Of a DNA stretch of 64,000 nucleotides, positions 30,030 through 41,704 are shown one piece after another. The stretch covers positions 195,120 to 259,119 of the forward strand of contig CAZGVO010000003.1 of assembly GCA_964529175.1 (NCBI GenBank), written 5' to 3'. Source of the DNA: an uncultured Bifidobacterium sp. Its GTDB lineage: Bacteria > Bacteroidota > Bacteroidia > UKL13-3. Position numbers and translations under genes: made by a program. How positions within the stretch are numbered: the first letter of the stretch is position 1; the number at the start of each line of letters is the position of its first letter. The notes under the pieces were generated by a model. That model saw nothing but the letters and a program-made list of their open reading frames with translations, was not told the origin of the DNA and searched no databases.

Positions 30030-30605
30030 ATGAAAATAGGTTTGTTATTTGGGTCGTTTAATCCCATTCATACAGGGCATTTATTAATAGCCAATTACAT
30101 GGTAGAATATACCGAGTTGGATAAAATTTGGTTTGTGGTAAGTCCGCAAAATCCATTTAAAGTAAACGATGAATTGCTTGATGAAAATTTGCGGTTAAAA
30201 ATGATAGAAATGGCCATAGCCGATGATAACAGATTTGAAGCATGCGATATTGAATTTGGAATGCCCAAACCTAATTACACTTATTTGACCCTAACAACGC
30301 TTGCCGAAAAATATTCTGAACACCAATTTACACCTATTATTGGTGGCGATAATTTGCAGAGTTTTCATTTATGGAAAAACTACGAAAGCATTTTAGAAAA
30401 CTATCAGCTATTCGTTTACCGTAGGGCTGGATTTCATGAAAATCCATTATTAGCCAACCACAAAAAAATTAGTTTATACGAAGTTCCTTTGCTCAATATT
30501 TCATCTACTTATATTAGAGAAACTTTACAAGCAGGTAAATCAATCAGGTATTTGGTACCAAAAGTTGTTAAAGAATTTATAGACGAACACCATTTATACC
30601 AATAA
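30030..30605 (+). CDS. nadD: Nicotinate-nucleotide adenylyltransferase
   Basis: The 191-aa protein has the GGSFNPIHTGH nucleotidyltransferase motif. Confidence 0.85.
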   Translation: MKIGLLFGSFNPIHTGHLLIANYMVEYTELDKIWFVVSPQNPFKVNDELLDENLRLKMIEMAIADDNRFEACDIEFGMPKPNYTYLTLTTLAEKYSEHQFTPIIGGDNLQSFHLWKNYESILENYQLFVYRRAGFHENPLLANHKKISLYEVPLLNISSTYIRETLQAGKSIRYLVPKVVKEFIDEHHLYQ

Positions 30606-30624
30606 TTTTATTTCTTTATCATAA

Positions 30625-30662
30625 AAAAGGGGCTGTTTCAATTGAAACAGCCCCTTTTTATT
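30625..30662. terminator. Bidirectional rho-independent terminator between nadD and the giant T9SS gene
   Basis: The hairpin aaaaaaggggctgtttc...gaaacagcccctttttt has an A-run on one side and a T-run on the other. Confidence 0.7.
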
Positions 30663-30678
30663 ATGCTTACAGCTAATA

Positions 30679-33600
30679 TTAGTTTTTAACTAATTTATGA
30701 ACAAATGTTTGTCCATTAACTGTAACTTTAACTACGTAAATACCTGCATTTAAATTAGGTAAATCATTCATATTTAAAGTATTTAAACCATTAACAGTAT
30801 TAAAGCTTTTGCTTACTAATACTTTACCTTGTAAATCAATAGTTTCAACAGCAGCATTACCTGCTTCTGTAGCGTTAACTACGATGTTAAACTCTGTATT
30901 AAATGGATTAGGGAAAACCTCAAATACGTTTTCAGTTTTGCTATCATTATTAACAGACACCACTTTTGAATAAGTGAATTGACCATCTAAGTCCAATTGT
31001 TTTAGTCTATAGTAAATTACATTGCTAGCATTGTTTACAAAAGCATTGGCATCTACTAAATTATAGTTTGATATAGTATTGCTATTAACAGCACCTTTAA
31101 CAAAACCTAAGTATTTAAAGTTTTTACCATCAATTGAACTTTCTACTTCAAAACCTTTATTGTTTTCTTCGCTAGCGGTAGTCCATGAAACTAAAACATT
31201 GTTATTTTTAGCTGAAGCAGTTAATGCAATTAACTTAACAGGCAAAGGATTAGAAGCACCATTGGTACCTGTAAATATTCCAAACACATTTTGATTGGCA
31301 CTTACCGATTGCATAGTCCCAGTAATAGCACTTGAATTAGAAGCTGTAATTAAATTCCAGTTTATTCCTGTATAACGAGCTATTCTAGTATTATTATTGC
31401 CTGAAACAGTGCCAAACTGTGCTGAATCTGCAATTAATGAAATACCATAATTGAACCCTGAACCACCATTAGGTACAATATTATAATAAGAGTTGTATCT
31501 GGTACTTCCACTTATTAAATTTGGCGCATTGATGCCTGAATAATACAATACATTTAAAGCACTAGGAACCGTTCCAACTGAACCCCAGTTAATACTTGCA
31601 ACTTGACGGCCTGCAAATGTGTATGTAGTAGTGGTATTTAATGCAGGAGCTGCATTGGCGGTTGCTGCTATTGGAGTGGTTGATGTTGTAAATTCAACTG
31701 AACCTATATCAACAGCGCCACCTAAAATAGTTGTTGAACGTGTGGTATTGTTATAATCGTTGGTAACATTACTTAATGCCAAACCTTTTCCATGCACATA
31801 CCACGAGGCAGAATTGGTAGTTACTATTCCTAAATTACCGACTAAAGTATCTATAAATAAATTTTGTGCAGGTAAATTTGAGGTAAGCTCATACCAATTT
31901 GATGAATAAGTATTTGCACCAGTATACAAAGTATTAAAAATAGAAACACTATTTGGAAAACCAGTTGGTCCTTCCGCTAATTTAGTTGTATCATTAGCCA
32001 AATACAAATTATAATTGGTAGTATTAGGTGCAATTCCTGTTAATGAATTAGAACCTGTGGTGTAATTGCTTCCTGTTCCTGTGGTTGTTCTTTTATTGAA
32101 AAACACATTATTAAAACTACTTATGTTTACCAATCCAGTGCGTTGTAAGCAATAAGAATTGTTTGAACCACCTACAGTGGTACCATTTATAAAAATAGTA
32201 TTATTCAAATAACTATTTGTGCCACTAGCAGCCACATCTTGAATACCATAAACACGGGTTTCGCCAATGGTATTATTGCCAATGCTAATTTGGTTATTGC
32301 GAACAATTGAATTTCCTGTTGTTGAATTATAAATCCCGTAAACTTGATTTGAACTTGCACCAGTACCTGTTCCAATTCCCCAAACATTATAAATTCTATT
32401 TCTTTGAATGGTTACATTTGTTCCACTAAGAATAGTTATTCCAGCAGCTGGATAAGCAGTTGTTCCAGTATTTGTACTTACAATATTATAAATGGTATTA
32501 TTCTCAAAATTATGGTTAATACCACCGTTAATCCAAACACCCATTGGTAGATACAAAAATCCAGTACTTGTTGAATTGGAACGAATATCTCGAATAGTAT
32601 TGTTTATTGCATTTACCGTTCCTCCTGTAACCGTGATTCCACAATTTCTATCCCCTGAATTGTCATAATAATTCACGTTTCCAATTAAATTATTGGTAAT
32701 ATTTACTGTTCCACCAGAAACATTAATTATTCCGTTATCAAATCCATTTTGAATTGTATCGTACGGTTGAGCAGCACCACCAAAAGTATTGTTATTTATA
32801 TTTACCGTTCCTGCCGAAACGGCTATTAAATTAACTGAACCAACGCTAGCAAAATTTGAAAAAATATTATTATTAATTTGTGTATTGGTAACTGTATTAT
32901 TAATTCTAAAACCAGTCAATGATGATGATGATGTAAATGGAGTTCCACTTCTAATCGCATTTGAACCACCAAAATTATTTCCAGTAAAATTATGACCTGT
33001 ACCACCATCAATTTGCATAACAATCATTCCTTGATTTTTGGTAATAGTTTGATAAAAACTATTATTTGAAATATTCCAAAAATCGCCTGCGGTTGTACTT
33101 AAATTTACACCATTATATCCAAAATTAAAAATTTCATTATTACTAAAAGTATTGTAATCATTACCTATGCCTGTGGTACCTTGACTAAATAATCCAGTGT
33201 TTGGAATATTGCTTGTTGCAATGGTGCCTAGCGTGTCTCTAATGATACAATTCACGATAGCGTTCGAATCATTTCCAAATCCACCAACTACATTTGAAGT
33301 AGAAAAAGTAATTGTACCTACTGTATTATTTACACTCTCCACATTACAGAATGAAATGGTATCTAATTTAGCATCATTTAACAAAGTAATTGCATGTCCA
33401 GCTAATGATCTGTTTCTAATTCTTAAGTATCTTCCACTTCCGGCAAATCTTCCATCAATTTTAACCCTATCAGCACCATTTAATCGAATCAATCCACCAG
33501 CAAATGAACCTGCAATTAGTCTTTCTGTTGCGGTATCAGGAATTATCGAAAAAGTATAATTGCCTACACCCGTTTCATTGATTTGATTAATTCCATTAAC

Positions 33601-36600
33601 ACCTGTTTCTAATAAATCGCTAGTAATTGTTGCTGTTAAATTTCCGTTTAAAGAACCATTATTTATTGCTTCAAATAAACCTCCAACTCCTGTTAATGAA
33701 GTATAGGTTTGTCCGTTACCAACATTAACGGTTCCGCTTAAACCTGGTACAATTCTGTATGAGAACAAAGTTGTAGGTGGCGTAGTGATACTATTTACAT
33801 TACTACCTATAGCACCAGCAGGCAATGATGATAAATTATTACCAAATGAAGAATCTTGAGCTACCAAGTAAAAATATACAGAATCCCCAATAGATAAACC
33901 ACCCATAGTTGAAGCTGCAATAGTAAAATTCCATTGTCCATTTTGTGCATTACCACTTATTCTTGCAGCACTAGCTGAATTATAAGTTCCTATAAACGAT
34001 TTTTTAAAATAAACTTTAGGCTCATTTCCTAGCGTATTTGGAATTCCAGTTGCATCAGAAATATTTATACTTAATATTCTATCACCTGTAGAAGATGTAT
34101 TGCTAGCTACAGGAGCACTGATTACTGGTGCAAAAATATCTAATGAAATAAAGTTTCCAGCATCTGCACCTATATCTGTTGGCGAAAGCCCACTTCTTAA
34201 GTCGCCATCAATATCATCGGTAATACTTGAAATAAGTGCACCGTTAGCTTCAATAGGAGTTGCCAACGATGAGCTAATATGCAAATCACCTGTTTGAGCC
34301 GACCCTCCTGCATTAACAAACTGTGGATCAGCCACTCCACTGCTAAGGTCAGATGAAACCCATCCTAAAGAATAGTTAAGCACATCAGAAGTTCCATTAT
34401 TTAATGTACCAAAAACAGATCCAGTTCCACCACCAAAATAAATATTATTATTTAGGGTGATAGTGGTATTATTAATTAAAAAGACTTGATAATGTTTTCC
34501 TCCAGTAGATGAGTTAGACCTAGCATTTACGAAAATATTATTTCTTACATCATCAGAAGTTGCCGAAGCTGTGCGTTGAAAAGCAAATGTGTTTGTAGCT
34601 GTTGTTCCAACTCCTGTTCCTCCTATATAAATGCTATTAAAATATACATTGGTAATAGCTACATTTTTTGAAATACCTCTAAAAACACATGGTGCTGAAA
34701 TAGAGTTGCCCAATGAATCATAACCCAAACGAATCATATTATTAGAAATGGTAACTAAGCCTGAACCAATATCCATCGCTGTTAAAAATACAGCTGGATT
34801 TACCGCATTTAATGATAAACTATGAATATTGTTTTTACTTATAATGTTGGTACCTGATGTTGGTCCGCCATAAAACAAGCCTTCACATTGAACAGCAGCA
34901 CTTGTTGAAGTACCTGTTAAAACTAAGTTATTGATACTATTTCCACTAATTAAAGCTGGCGCTGTGGTAGAAGTATAAGCTATTCCAACAATAGCACTTG
35001 TGCTTCCACCCGCTGTTGTTTGCGTGGCAGTAGTTAAGTTTCTAATAATATTACCTGTAACTGTGCTAGTTCCTGTTGTTACTGCTATCCCAACCAATGA
35101 GGTAGCTTGAGTTCCAGTAGCAGAGTAGTTGGTATTTAAATTCGCCACAATATTATTAGTTATGGTATTTACTACACCAGTAGTTGTACTGTTACAAATA
35201 ATTCCTCTGAAAGCAGATGCTACAGTAGCCGTTGCAGATGAAGTTGTAATATTAATACTGTTTGCTAAGGTAGTACTACCAATTGTATTGTTATTAATAA
35301 TAATATTTGACCCTCCAGAACCTGCTATTCCATTAAATCCGCTTGAAACAGTAGTAGCATTACCAATTAAATCAATTCCAGATATAGTATTATTTGAAAA
35401 ATTAATAGTTCCACCTGCTCCTGAACGTAATGCTATCATAGACCCATTAGCCGCTGTGGTAGTAAACGTAATTGCACCATTAGTAGTAGTTGATCCAATT
35501 AAGTTTCCTGTAATAGTACCAACATTTACATTACCATTTGCTACATTTATACCGTAAACATTATTACCTGTAAAGCCTCCTGTAATAGCCATATTGGTAA
35601 TGGTGTTATTCTGAACGGATGTAGCTGTTCCAATACCTACTGAAATATCCATTCCCATAAATTGGTAAAGTGTAGTACCAGTCATGGTATACGTTCCAGT
35701 ACCTGCAGATGAATTGCCCCCAATAAAATTATTAGTAATTACAAAACCACTTGCTGATGTTAATGAAGCAGTGTTTGGGGTAATCCACATTGCACGATGT
35801 GTTTGGGTTCCAGTTGTGGTTATAGTAGCTGTTTGGTACATTCTGTTGGCATTAATTATCCATGAACCATTATTTGCACCAACATAAATTCCCGCTGTAG
35901 CAATGGTTGGGTGAAAATAATTATAAATATTACAACTATCAATGATATTGCCATCATTATTAGCTGCAACTGTGGTTGCTGAACCAATAGATGAAATTCC
36001 AATAGTAGGATTTCCAACTCCATCTTCATGAATATCGCAGTAACGAATAATATTATTGTCGTTTCCATTAACACCTGTAGTTGTTCCAAAATTTACAACA
36101 CCGGCTCCAATTGTTCCTGGAGCAACAATATTATTTGAACGTAAATCAGTATATAAAATGCGATTTGAAGAAGCTTCGTTAATAAAGCGAATTACCGGTC
36201 CATTAACATTTGTATTAGCTATAGTTAAATTGTTACCAGAAGTAAATATTCCAGTTCCCCCTTGTCTACCATCGATAGTTAAATTTGATATACCGTTCAA
36301 ATCAAAAGTTGCAGTACTATTTGAACTTTCAATACGTGAAATAATACCAATATCAGGACGGATAGTTACAGTATTAATACTTGAAGAGTTGTTATAATTA
36401 TTAAATACAATTGGAAATACCTCACCGGAAGCTGTGTTATACAAGGCATCCTTTAACACAAAAGTAATTGGGCCAGAAACACCTAAAGATGATAAATCAT
36501 TTACAGCAGCAGTAATGGTTGGGTAAGTTTGTCCAACACCAATATTATAGTTACCTGCTAAAGGTCCTAATATCTTTCTTGATCCAACCGGATCACCATT

Positions 36601-39600
36601 TACTGGTGCTGTATTATTTCCACCAATCACCAAACTATCTACCCTAACATCCATAAAATTGTTAGTTGTAGCAGTACTTTTTACATCATAAGTAACCCAA
36701 AAGTAATTCACTCCTGTGTTCAATAATCTTGAACCAGAAACATAAAAAGTACCATTAGGCGCGGCTATTGTTGATCCAAATTGATTAGTAGCTGCAAAAA
36801 CAGGATTATTTCCTGTAAAATACACCCTTGCATTTTGTATATCATTAACATTAGTTGTTCCTGAAGTATTTAATTTTAAAGATGTTAAATTTAAAGCATT
36901 GAAGCTATTTGAAGTGTAAACTCTTACAGCTACAATGTTCTGGTTAGTTGAATTTAAAGGTGCAGCAGCAGTAATTTGATCAACCATTATTGAATCTATT
37001 ACCATAGGAATACCTATAAATTCACCTTCATCAGCACCAATATCTGGAGCTGATCCAGTTCCCCCATAACCTACATTTCCTTGACGGATTACATTATCAG
37101 CATCAGTGGCAAAGCCAGCAATGTTAGCCGCACCACTTTCACAACGTGTTGGTGTTAATAAATCTAAATGCAAATAATCAGGAGAAGCACCATTTAAACT
37201 AATAAATGTAGGATTCTCTGTAATAGATGCTTGTTCAAAAGTAGCTAACCTAGTTTTAAATGCAGTAATAGTTTGGTCTCCAGTTGTTCCATCATGGTAA
37301 ATTAAATTAGCTGCACTTGGTACACCGGCATAAAATAAATTATTATTTGATGTACTTGCATAATTACTAATTCCTGTTGTTGAATTTCTTAAAGCTACAG
37401 CATTTCCTGTTCCGTTAGGAATACAATTATTAATTAAAATATTATTTCTTAAATCAAGGGCAGCTGTGGTAGCTGTAGTACCCCCTGTAAAAAATACTGC
37501 TGATGAAGAGAAATTAGCTCCACTAGAAGTGGCGCTTAACCTAATGGTATTGTAATAAATTCTTAAATTTGAGGTAGAGGTTGTAATAGTTGAACTAATA
37601 CCCCTAATAGCATCGGTAGTTCCACTATAGTTAGGTGCTACTAAACTATCAATTAAATTATTAGCAATATTAGCAAAACCAGATGTTCCTAACGATGTAA
37701 GCGAAATACCAAATACAGTTCCTGTGGTTGTTCCATTACTTCTTAAGCTGTAAATTCTATTTCTAGTAATGGTTGGGGAACTAGTTGTCATGGTCATTCC
37801 TGTAATATTACCACCATTACCTACTAAAGAATAAATAACATTATTATTAACTAACCTTGTACCTGTTACGGTATTAGTAATTAATCCAGATACAACACCT
37901 GTTCCAAAATGAGTTAGATTGTAAATTTTATTATTAGAGTAAGTTTCTACCGTTGGAGAAGAAACATCATAAATTCCATATAGTGCGCCTGTTCCAGTTG
38001 TTTTTAAACACGACAAATTAAACACATTATTACTATCACAAATTATAGTTCCGGTACTAACTTGAATACCATACAAGGTAGAGGCTGTTCCACTTCCGCT
38101 AATACTCATGTTTCTTACAACATTTCTTCTGACATTAACTGTTGTAGTTCCACTTGTTCCGCCAGTATGATAAATACCAATAGTAGTTCCTCCTGAGGTT
38201 CCGTTACGAGTAACGCTATCCACCAAATTATCATTTAAATTAATGGTAGGTGTGGCTGCTGAGCAATAAATATTATACAAGGTTTTGGTTCCTGTTCCTG
38301 TCGCGTTTAAATTAGTTCTAGTAACCGTATTGCCATTTATATTTAATGCAGTAGCTGGAGCAGTAGTTATTCCTATATTATAATGTGTTCCAGTGCCTGC
38401 TCCTCCTAAAACTGTGGAATCGATTATATTATTATTAATGTTTAACGTACTTATACCTGCTAATTGACTTAAAATACAATTAGAAATTTGAGTACCATTG
38501 TATGTAAAACCATATATATAGTTATTGTTAACATTAACAGTACTTGCAGCTGTATTTAACCAAATAGCCGTATATGGAACGGTGGTAGTACTAGCTACAA
38601 GATGTGTACAGTTTATTAATCTATTATTATTTACATTGATTACATTTCCATTAGCACCGCTCTGTGCCATTTCTAAATCAATATTCCAATTATTTGCAGT
38701 GGTTGAACTTCCAGTGGCAATTGTAATTGTATTGTTATTAATATTAGCACTTGCTCCAACCGATGAAGCAAACAACCAGATACCTCTGTTAGTAGCAGGA
38801 TGATTAACACCTATTCCTGTATTATTATTTACAATGTTATACGAAATATTGAAACTCCATTGGTTATTAATTAACACAGCCCCACACTGAGAAGTAGCTC
38901 CTACCCCACCTCCAAAATTAATAATATTATTACCTGTAGCATTAGAAGAACCCCCAATATCGTTATTTAAATCGGCTAAAGTGTATGGACTTGGAGCGGC
39001 ATAACCACTTAAAACTATTCCAAAATTAACATTTTGAATGGTATTGGTATAAAACTTATTATTTGAACTTGCTCCCGAAGCAGCAGTAACTGTAATTGCT
39101 GTTCCAACTGCGGTGTTGGTAGAATTAATAACTTCAATTCCAACTGAACCTGTAGCATTTGCTCTTGGCCCAGAGGCAACTGCTGTTACATTATTTCTGT
39201 TTAATGTAATCACACAATTTTGTACGGTATTGTTGTTAGCTCCATTGGTTGCGCTAACTTTGTAAAAACCATAACCAACTTCCATTTGTGTAGTTGCTGT
39301 TGTGTTTGTAGCAGGATCCAATAAATCAATTCCATCAATAGTTACATAATCAGATCCAGAAAAACTCCATATTGCATCTATGCTTGCAGTTGAAGATGCT
39401 AATAACGTACCTGTATATGCCGTAATTAAAGGATTAGCGCCAGTAAACAAAGGATCTTTTTGAAAAATGATTTGATTTAATGCAGTACCTGTAGCTGTTA
39501 ATACTATTGGTGTAGTTAAAGTTTCTGTGTAACCAGCTGTAATGTTAAAAATTACGCCACCAGTTCCAACACCATTGGTGTTTAAATCGGCCACTGCGGC

Positions 39601-39831
39601 TTGAATAGAAGAATACGAACCAGGAATTGTTTTAGTACCAGTAAGTGCTTGGGCATTTACCTCACTAAAATTACTAACTCCCGTTAGAACCATTACTAAG
39701 CATATTGCTTTAGTAAATAGTTTTTTAAGTTGATGTAGTTGTTTTACCATATATGAATTTATTTTTTTGTTTACAAGTCTATTAATTTTAATAATTAGTT
39801 GCAGGCTTTTAAAACCAATTTTCACAACCAA
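30679..39831 (-). CDS. Giant secreted right-handed parallel beta-helix repeat protein with a T9SS type-A C-terminal sorting domain (putative adhesin)
   Basis: The ORF is Thr/Asn/Gly/Ser-rich with hundreds of NNxI/V beta-helix rungs. The C-terminus is a Por_Secre_tail (FPNPFNTEFNI...GIYVVKV). The 3050-aa ORF starts at a TTG. The likely true start is the ATG at 39750 (MVKQLHQLKK plus a hydrophobic signal peptide), which gives about 3023 aa. Confidence 0.8.
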   Translation of the reverse strand: MVVKIGFKSLQLIIKINRLVNKKINSYMVKQLHQLKKLFTKAICLVMVLTGVSNFSEVNAQALTGTKTIPGSYSSIQAAVADLNTNGVGTGGVIFNITAGYTETLTTPIVLTATGTALNQIIFQKDPLFTGANPLITAYTGTLLASSTASIDAIWSFSGSDYVTIDGIDLLDPATNTTATTQMEVGYGFYKVSATNGANNNTVQNCVITLNRNNVTAVASGPRANATGSVGIEVINSTNTAVGTAITVTAASGASSNNKFYTNTIQNVNFGIVLSGYAAPSPYTLADLNNDIGGSSNATGNNIINFGGGVGATSQCGAVLINNQWSFNISYNIVNNNTGIGVNHPATNRGIWLFASSVGASANINNNTITIATGSSTTANNWNIDLEMAQSGANGNVINVNNNRLINCTHLVASTTTVPYTAIWLNTAASTVNVNNNYIYGFTYNGTQISNCILSQLAGISTLNINNNIIDSTVLGGAGTGTHYNIGITTAPATALNINGNTVTRTNLNATGTGTKTLYNIYCSAATPTINLNDNLVDSVTRNGTSGGTTIGIYHTGGTSGTTTVNVRRNVVRNMSISGSGTASTLYGIQVSTGTIICDSNNVFNLSCLKTTGTGALYGIYDVSSPTVETYSNNKIYNLTHFGTGVVSGLITNTVTGTRLVNNNVIYSLVGNGGNITGMTMTTSSPTITRNRIYSLRSNGTTTGTVFGISLTSLGTSGFANIANNLIDSLVAPNYSGTTDAIRGISSTITTSTSNLRIYYNTIRLSATSSGANFSSSAVFFTGGTTATTAALDLRNNILINNCIPNGTGNAVALRNSTTGISNYASTSNNNLFYAGVPSAANLIYHDGTTGDQTITAFKTRLATFEQASITENPTFISLNGASPDYLHLDLLTPTRCESGAANIAGFATDADNVIRQGNVGYGGTGSAPDIGADEGEFIGIPMVIDSIMVDQITAAAPLNSTNQNIVAVRVYTSNSFNALNLTSLKLNTSGTTNVNDIQNARVYFTGNNPVFAATNQFGSTIAAPNGTFYVSGSRLLNTGVNYFWVTYDVKSTATTNNFMDVRVDSLVIGGNNTAPVNGDPVGSRKILGPLAGNYNIGVGQTYPTITAAVNDLSSLGVSGPITFVLKDALYNTASGEVFPIVFNNYNNSSSINTVTIRPDIGIISRIESSNSTATFDLNGISNLTIDGRQGGTGIFTSGNNLTIANTNVNGPVIRFINEASSNRILYTDLRSNNIVAPGTIGAGVVNFGTTTGVNGNDNNIIRYCDIHEDGVGNPTIGISSIGSATTVAANNDGNIIDSCNIYNYFHPTIATAGIYVGANNGSWIINANRMYQTATITTTGTQTHRAMWITPNTASLTSASGFVITNNFIGGNSSAGTGTYTMTGTTLYQFMGMDISVGIGTATSVQNNTITNMAITGGFTGNNVYGINVANGNVNVGTITGNLIGSTTTNGAITFTTTAANGSMIALRSGAGGTINFSNNTISGIDLIGNATTVSSGFNGIAGSGGSNIIINNNTIGSTTLANSINITTSSATATVASAFRGIICNSTTTGVVNTITNNIVANLNTNYSATGTQATSLVGIAVTTGTSTVTGNIIRNLTTATQTTAGGSTSAIVGIAYTSTTAPALISGNSINNLVLTGTSTSAAVQCEGLFYGGPTSGTNIISKNNIHSLSLNAVNPAVFLTAMDIGSGLVTISNNMIRLGYDSLGNSISAPCVFRGISKNVAITNVYFNSIYIGGTGVGTTATNTFAFQRTASATSDDVRNNIFVNARSNSSTGGKHYQVFLINNTTITLNNNIYFGGGTGSVFGTLNNGTSDVLNYSLGWVSSDLSSGVADPQFVNAGGSAQTGDLHISSSLATPIEANGALISSITDDIDGDLRSGLSPTDIGADAGNFISLDIFAPVISAPVASNTSSTGDRILSINISDATGIPNTLGNEPKVYFKKSFIGTYNSASAARISGNAQNGQWNFTIAASTMGGLSIGDSVYFYLVAQDSSFGNNLSSLPAGAIGSNVNSITTPPTTLFSYRIVPGLSGTVNVGNGQTYTSLTGVGGLFEAINNGSLNGNLTATITSDLLETGVNGINQINETGVGNYTFSIIPDTATERLIAGSFAGGLIRLNGADRVKIDGRFAGSGRYLRIRNRSLAGHAITLLNDAKLDTISFCNVESVNNTVGTITFSTSNVVGGFGNDSNAIVNCIIRDTLGTIATSNIPNTGLFSQGTTGIGNDYNTFSNNEIFNFGYNGVNLSTTAGDFWNISNNSFYQTITKNQGMIVMQIDGGTGHNFTGNNFGGSNAIRSGTPFTSSSSLTGFRINNTVTNTQINNNIFSNFASVGSVNLIAVSAGTVNINNNTFGGAAQPYDTIQNGFDNGIINVSGGTVNITNNLIGNVNYYDNSGDRNCGITVTGGTVNAINNTIRDIRSNSTSTGFLYLPMGVWINGGINHNFENNTIYNIVSTNTGTTAYPAAGITILSGTNVTIQRNRIYNVWGIGTGTGASSNQVYGIYNSTTGNSIVRNNQISIGNNTIGETRVYGIQDVAASGTNSYLNNTIFINGTTVGGSNNSYCLQRTGLVNISSFNNVFFNKRTTTGTGSNYTTGSNSLTGIAPNTTNYNLYLANDTTKLAEGPTGFPNSVSIFNTLYTGANTYSSNWYELTSNLPAQNLFIDTLVGNLGIVTTNSASWYVHGKGLALSNVTNDYNNTTRSTTILGGAVDIGSVEFTTSTTPIAATANAAPALNTTTTYTFAGRQVASINWGSVGTVPSALNVLYYSGINAPNLISGSTRYNSYYNIVPNGGSGFNYGISLIADSAQFGTVSGNNNTRIARYTGINWNLITASNSSAITGTMQSVSANQNVFGIFTGTNGASNPLPVKLIALTASAKNNNVLVSWTTASEENNKGFEVESSIDGKNFKYLGFVKGAVNSNTISNYNLVDANAFVNNASNVIYYRLKQLDLDGQFTYSKVVSVNNDSKTENVFEVFPNPFNTEFNIVVNATEAGNAAVETIDLQGKVLVSKSFNTVNGLNTLNMNDLPNLNAGIYVVKVTVNGQTFVHKLVKN

Positions 39832-39880
39832 CTTTAAATCAAATATATACTATTTTATTTATTTTTAAGTTTTTACAATT

Positions 39881-41299
39881 TTAAAAGCCTTTCATTACCA
39901 CTTTTAAATTTCCTTGGGTTATAATATTTATATTTAACGAATTTGGTAATATATAAATATTTGCTGGTTCAATATTTTTTATAACACCATTTACATCAAT
40001 TGATGTAGACCATTGTTTATTAATGGCCTCGTTCGATGTTTTGATGGCTTGGTTTAATTGATCGGCTATTGAAAACACCATTTGCTTTTCCATGTTTTCT
40101 CTAAATTTTTTTGAGTTAACCAACCAAGCTGCACTTTTAACCAAAATATCGCGGGTTTTTAAATCAAAGTCAAATTGCCTTATTTCTATTGACTTATTAC
40201 TTGGATTATAAACTGGAACACCTGTAGCATAAACTATTCCTTTTATGTTTTTCCCTAATTTCCCTTTTTGCACTTTACCATCTAAATCAATGGCTATCAT
40301 TATTTTATTACCATACGGAAAGGCTTTAGCCTCATTTATATTTATTTTATACTCGCTGCCCTCTAATACCATTGGTTTATCGGCAAATTGTTTGGTAAGC
40401 GTTTCGTTTATTTGATCAAAAGCAATGGCAGCATTTAAATTTATTTTTACATCATCGCTAAAGTTACTTACTTGGCGCAATGGGGGTAAATTTACATTAA
40501 ACGAATCGTTTTTAGGCTTATAACCCGATATTACTTCTACAATACTTGATACACCAAGCTTTATTTGCATTTCATCTGGAGTATAAGTAATTGGAGTTAT
40601 AAAAATATTTTTAGGATTTAGTAACAACCACGCTTTGTAAGCCGAGTCGATTAAAAATGGTTCTGCCAAGGTTTTCCATGAGTCGCCAACCATTTTTTTA
40701 ATATCTACATTTTTAGGAACTTCTTGGTCAATTTTAGTAGCCATTTTATTAACCTGCCCTTGAATAATAGCGCCAAAAAGTTTAGGCAAATCTAAAGTTG
40801 TTAGCCCAAGGTTAATTACAGGTAAATCGTCCCATAAAATTTTTCCTTTGCTGTTTAAGTTTAAATTCCAATCGCGGTCAATAACTGGCGAAGTATTAAA
40901 TACTACTGTTAAATTTAACGATTGACTAATAGGTTTTTCAAAACCACCAAATACTTTTATATTGTACACAAAATCAATGTGTAAGGGTGCAGTAATACTT
41001 AAACCATTATTGGCAGTACTTACCGTAAAGGGTGTTCGTTTTAAAACAGTTAGCTTTAAATTATCGTTTCCATTGTCTTCAAACTTATCATCTTTATAAA
41101 CTTCTAATGGAAATTTTTTATTAACTGACGCTGCCAAACCAGCTACATTAATATGAATTGGCAAACCAATTATAGATGTAGGCTTAGGAGGAATAACTAC
41201 TGGCACATTAGGCGGTTTGGGTGCTGTAATTTTTTGTGTTTTACATGCATTAACCATTATTGCCACCAATGCCATTATATAAAATAATATTTTTTTCAT
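39881..41299 (-). CDS. Putative lipoprotein (DUF4403-like)
   Basis: The 472-aa protein has a signal peptide with a lipobox Cys (MVNAC). The family assignment is tentative. Confidence 0.45.
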   Translation of the reverse strand: MKKILFYIMALVAIMVNACKTQKITAPKPPNVPVVIPPKPTSIIGLPIHINVAGLAASVNKKFPLEVYKDDKFEDNGNDNLKLTVLKRTPFTVSTANNGLSITAPLHIDFVYNIKVFGGFEKPISQSLNLTVVFNTSPVIDRDWNLNLNSKGKILWDDLPVINLGLTTLDLPKLFGAIIQGQVNKMATKIDQEVPKNVDIKKMVGDSWKTLAEPFLIDSAYKAWLLLNPKNIFITPITYTPDEMQIKLGVSSIVEVISGYKPKNDSFNVNLPPLRQVSNFSDDVKINLNAAIAFDQINETLTKQFADKPMVLEGSEYKININEAKAFPYGNKIMIAIDLDGKVQKGKLGKNIKGIVYATGVPVYNPSNKSIEIRQFDFDLKTRDILVKSAAWLVNSKKFRENMEKQMVFSIADQLNQAIKTSNEAINKQWSTSIDVNGVIKNIEPANIYILPNSLNINIITQGNLKVVMKGF

Positions 41300-41320
41300 A
41301 AATACTTGAATAATAAATTT

Positions 41321-41704
41321 TCACCTCGCGCTTACCATTACCTTTTCAGTTAACAAAACTAATAACATTCCAGCTAAATAGGCTAAAAAATCAACCCACG
41401 CAAACGAATTGCCCAAAATTATTTTTGCTAAAAAATTATTTTGTAATCCTAATAGTTCAATAAAGTGAATGTATTGTAAAGCTTCAATTAAAAAAGAAAA
41501 AGACAGTACAAATACAACACCTTGATTAACAGATACTTTTAAAAACGATTTACAGCAAGTATAAATTAATATAACTACCAATAAATCACCTACATAAGGT
41601 CTAATAAATTTATAGTGAACATAAAAGGCTATTAGTAATTCAATAAATAGTAAAACAAATGTAACTACCAAATAGTTTTTATTGAAAGTTAGGTATTTAA
41701 GCAT
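41321..41704 (-). CDS. Small integral membrane protein (DUF2809-like)
   Basis: The 127-aa protein has three or four transmembrane helices. Its stop overlaps the start of the upstream DinB-like gene by 8 nt. Confidence 0.4.
   Translation of the reverse strand: MLKYLTFNKNYLVVTFVLLFIELLIAFYVHYKFIRPYVGDLLVVILIYTCCKSFLKVSVNQGVVFVLSFSFLIEALQYIHFIELLGLQNNFLAKIILGNSFAWVDFLAYLAGMLLVLLTEKVMVSAR

Noticed and set aside
31079-38803. Many 60-140-aa plus-strand ORFs inside the giant beta-helix gene
   Set aside because: They are the antisense of a low-complexity Thr/Asn/Gly-rich coding region. They are hydrophobic and low-complexity, consistent with codon-bias artefacts rather than genes.
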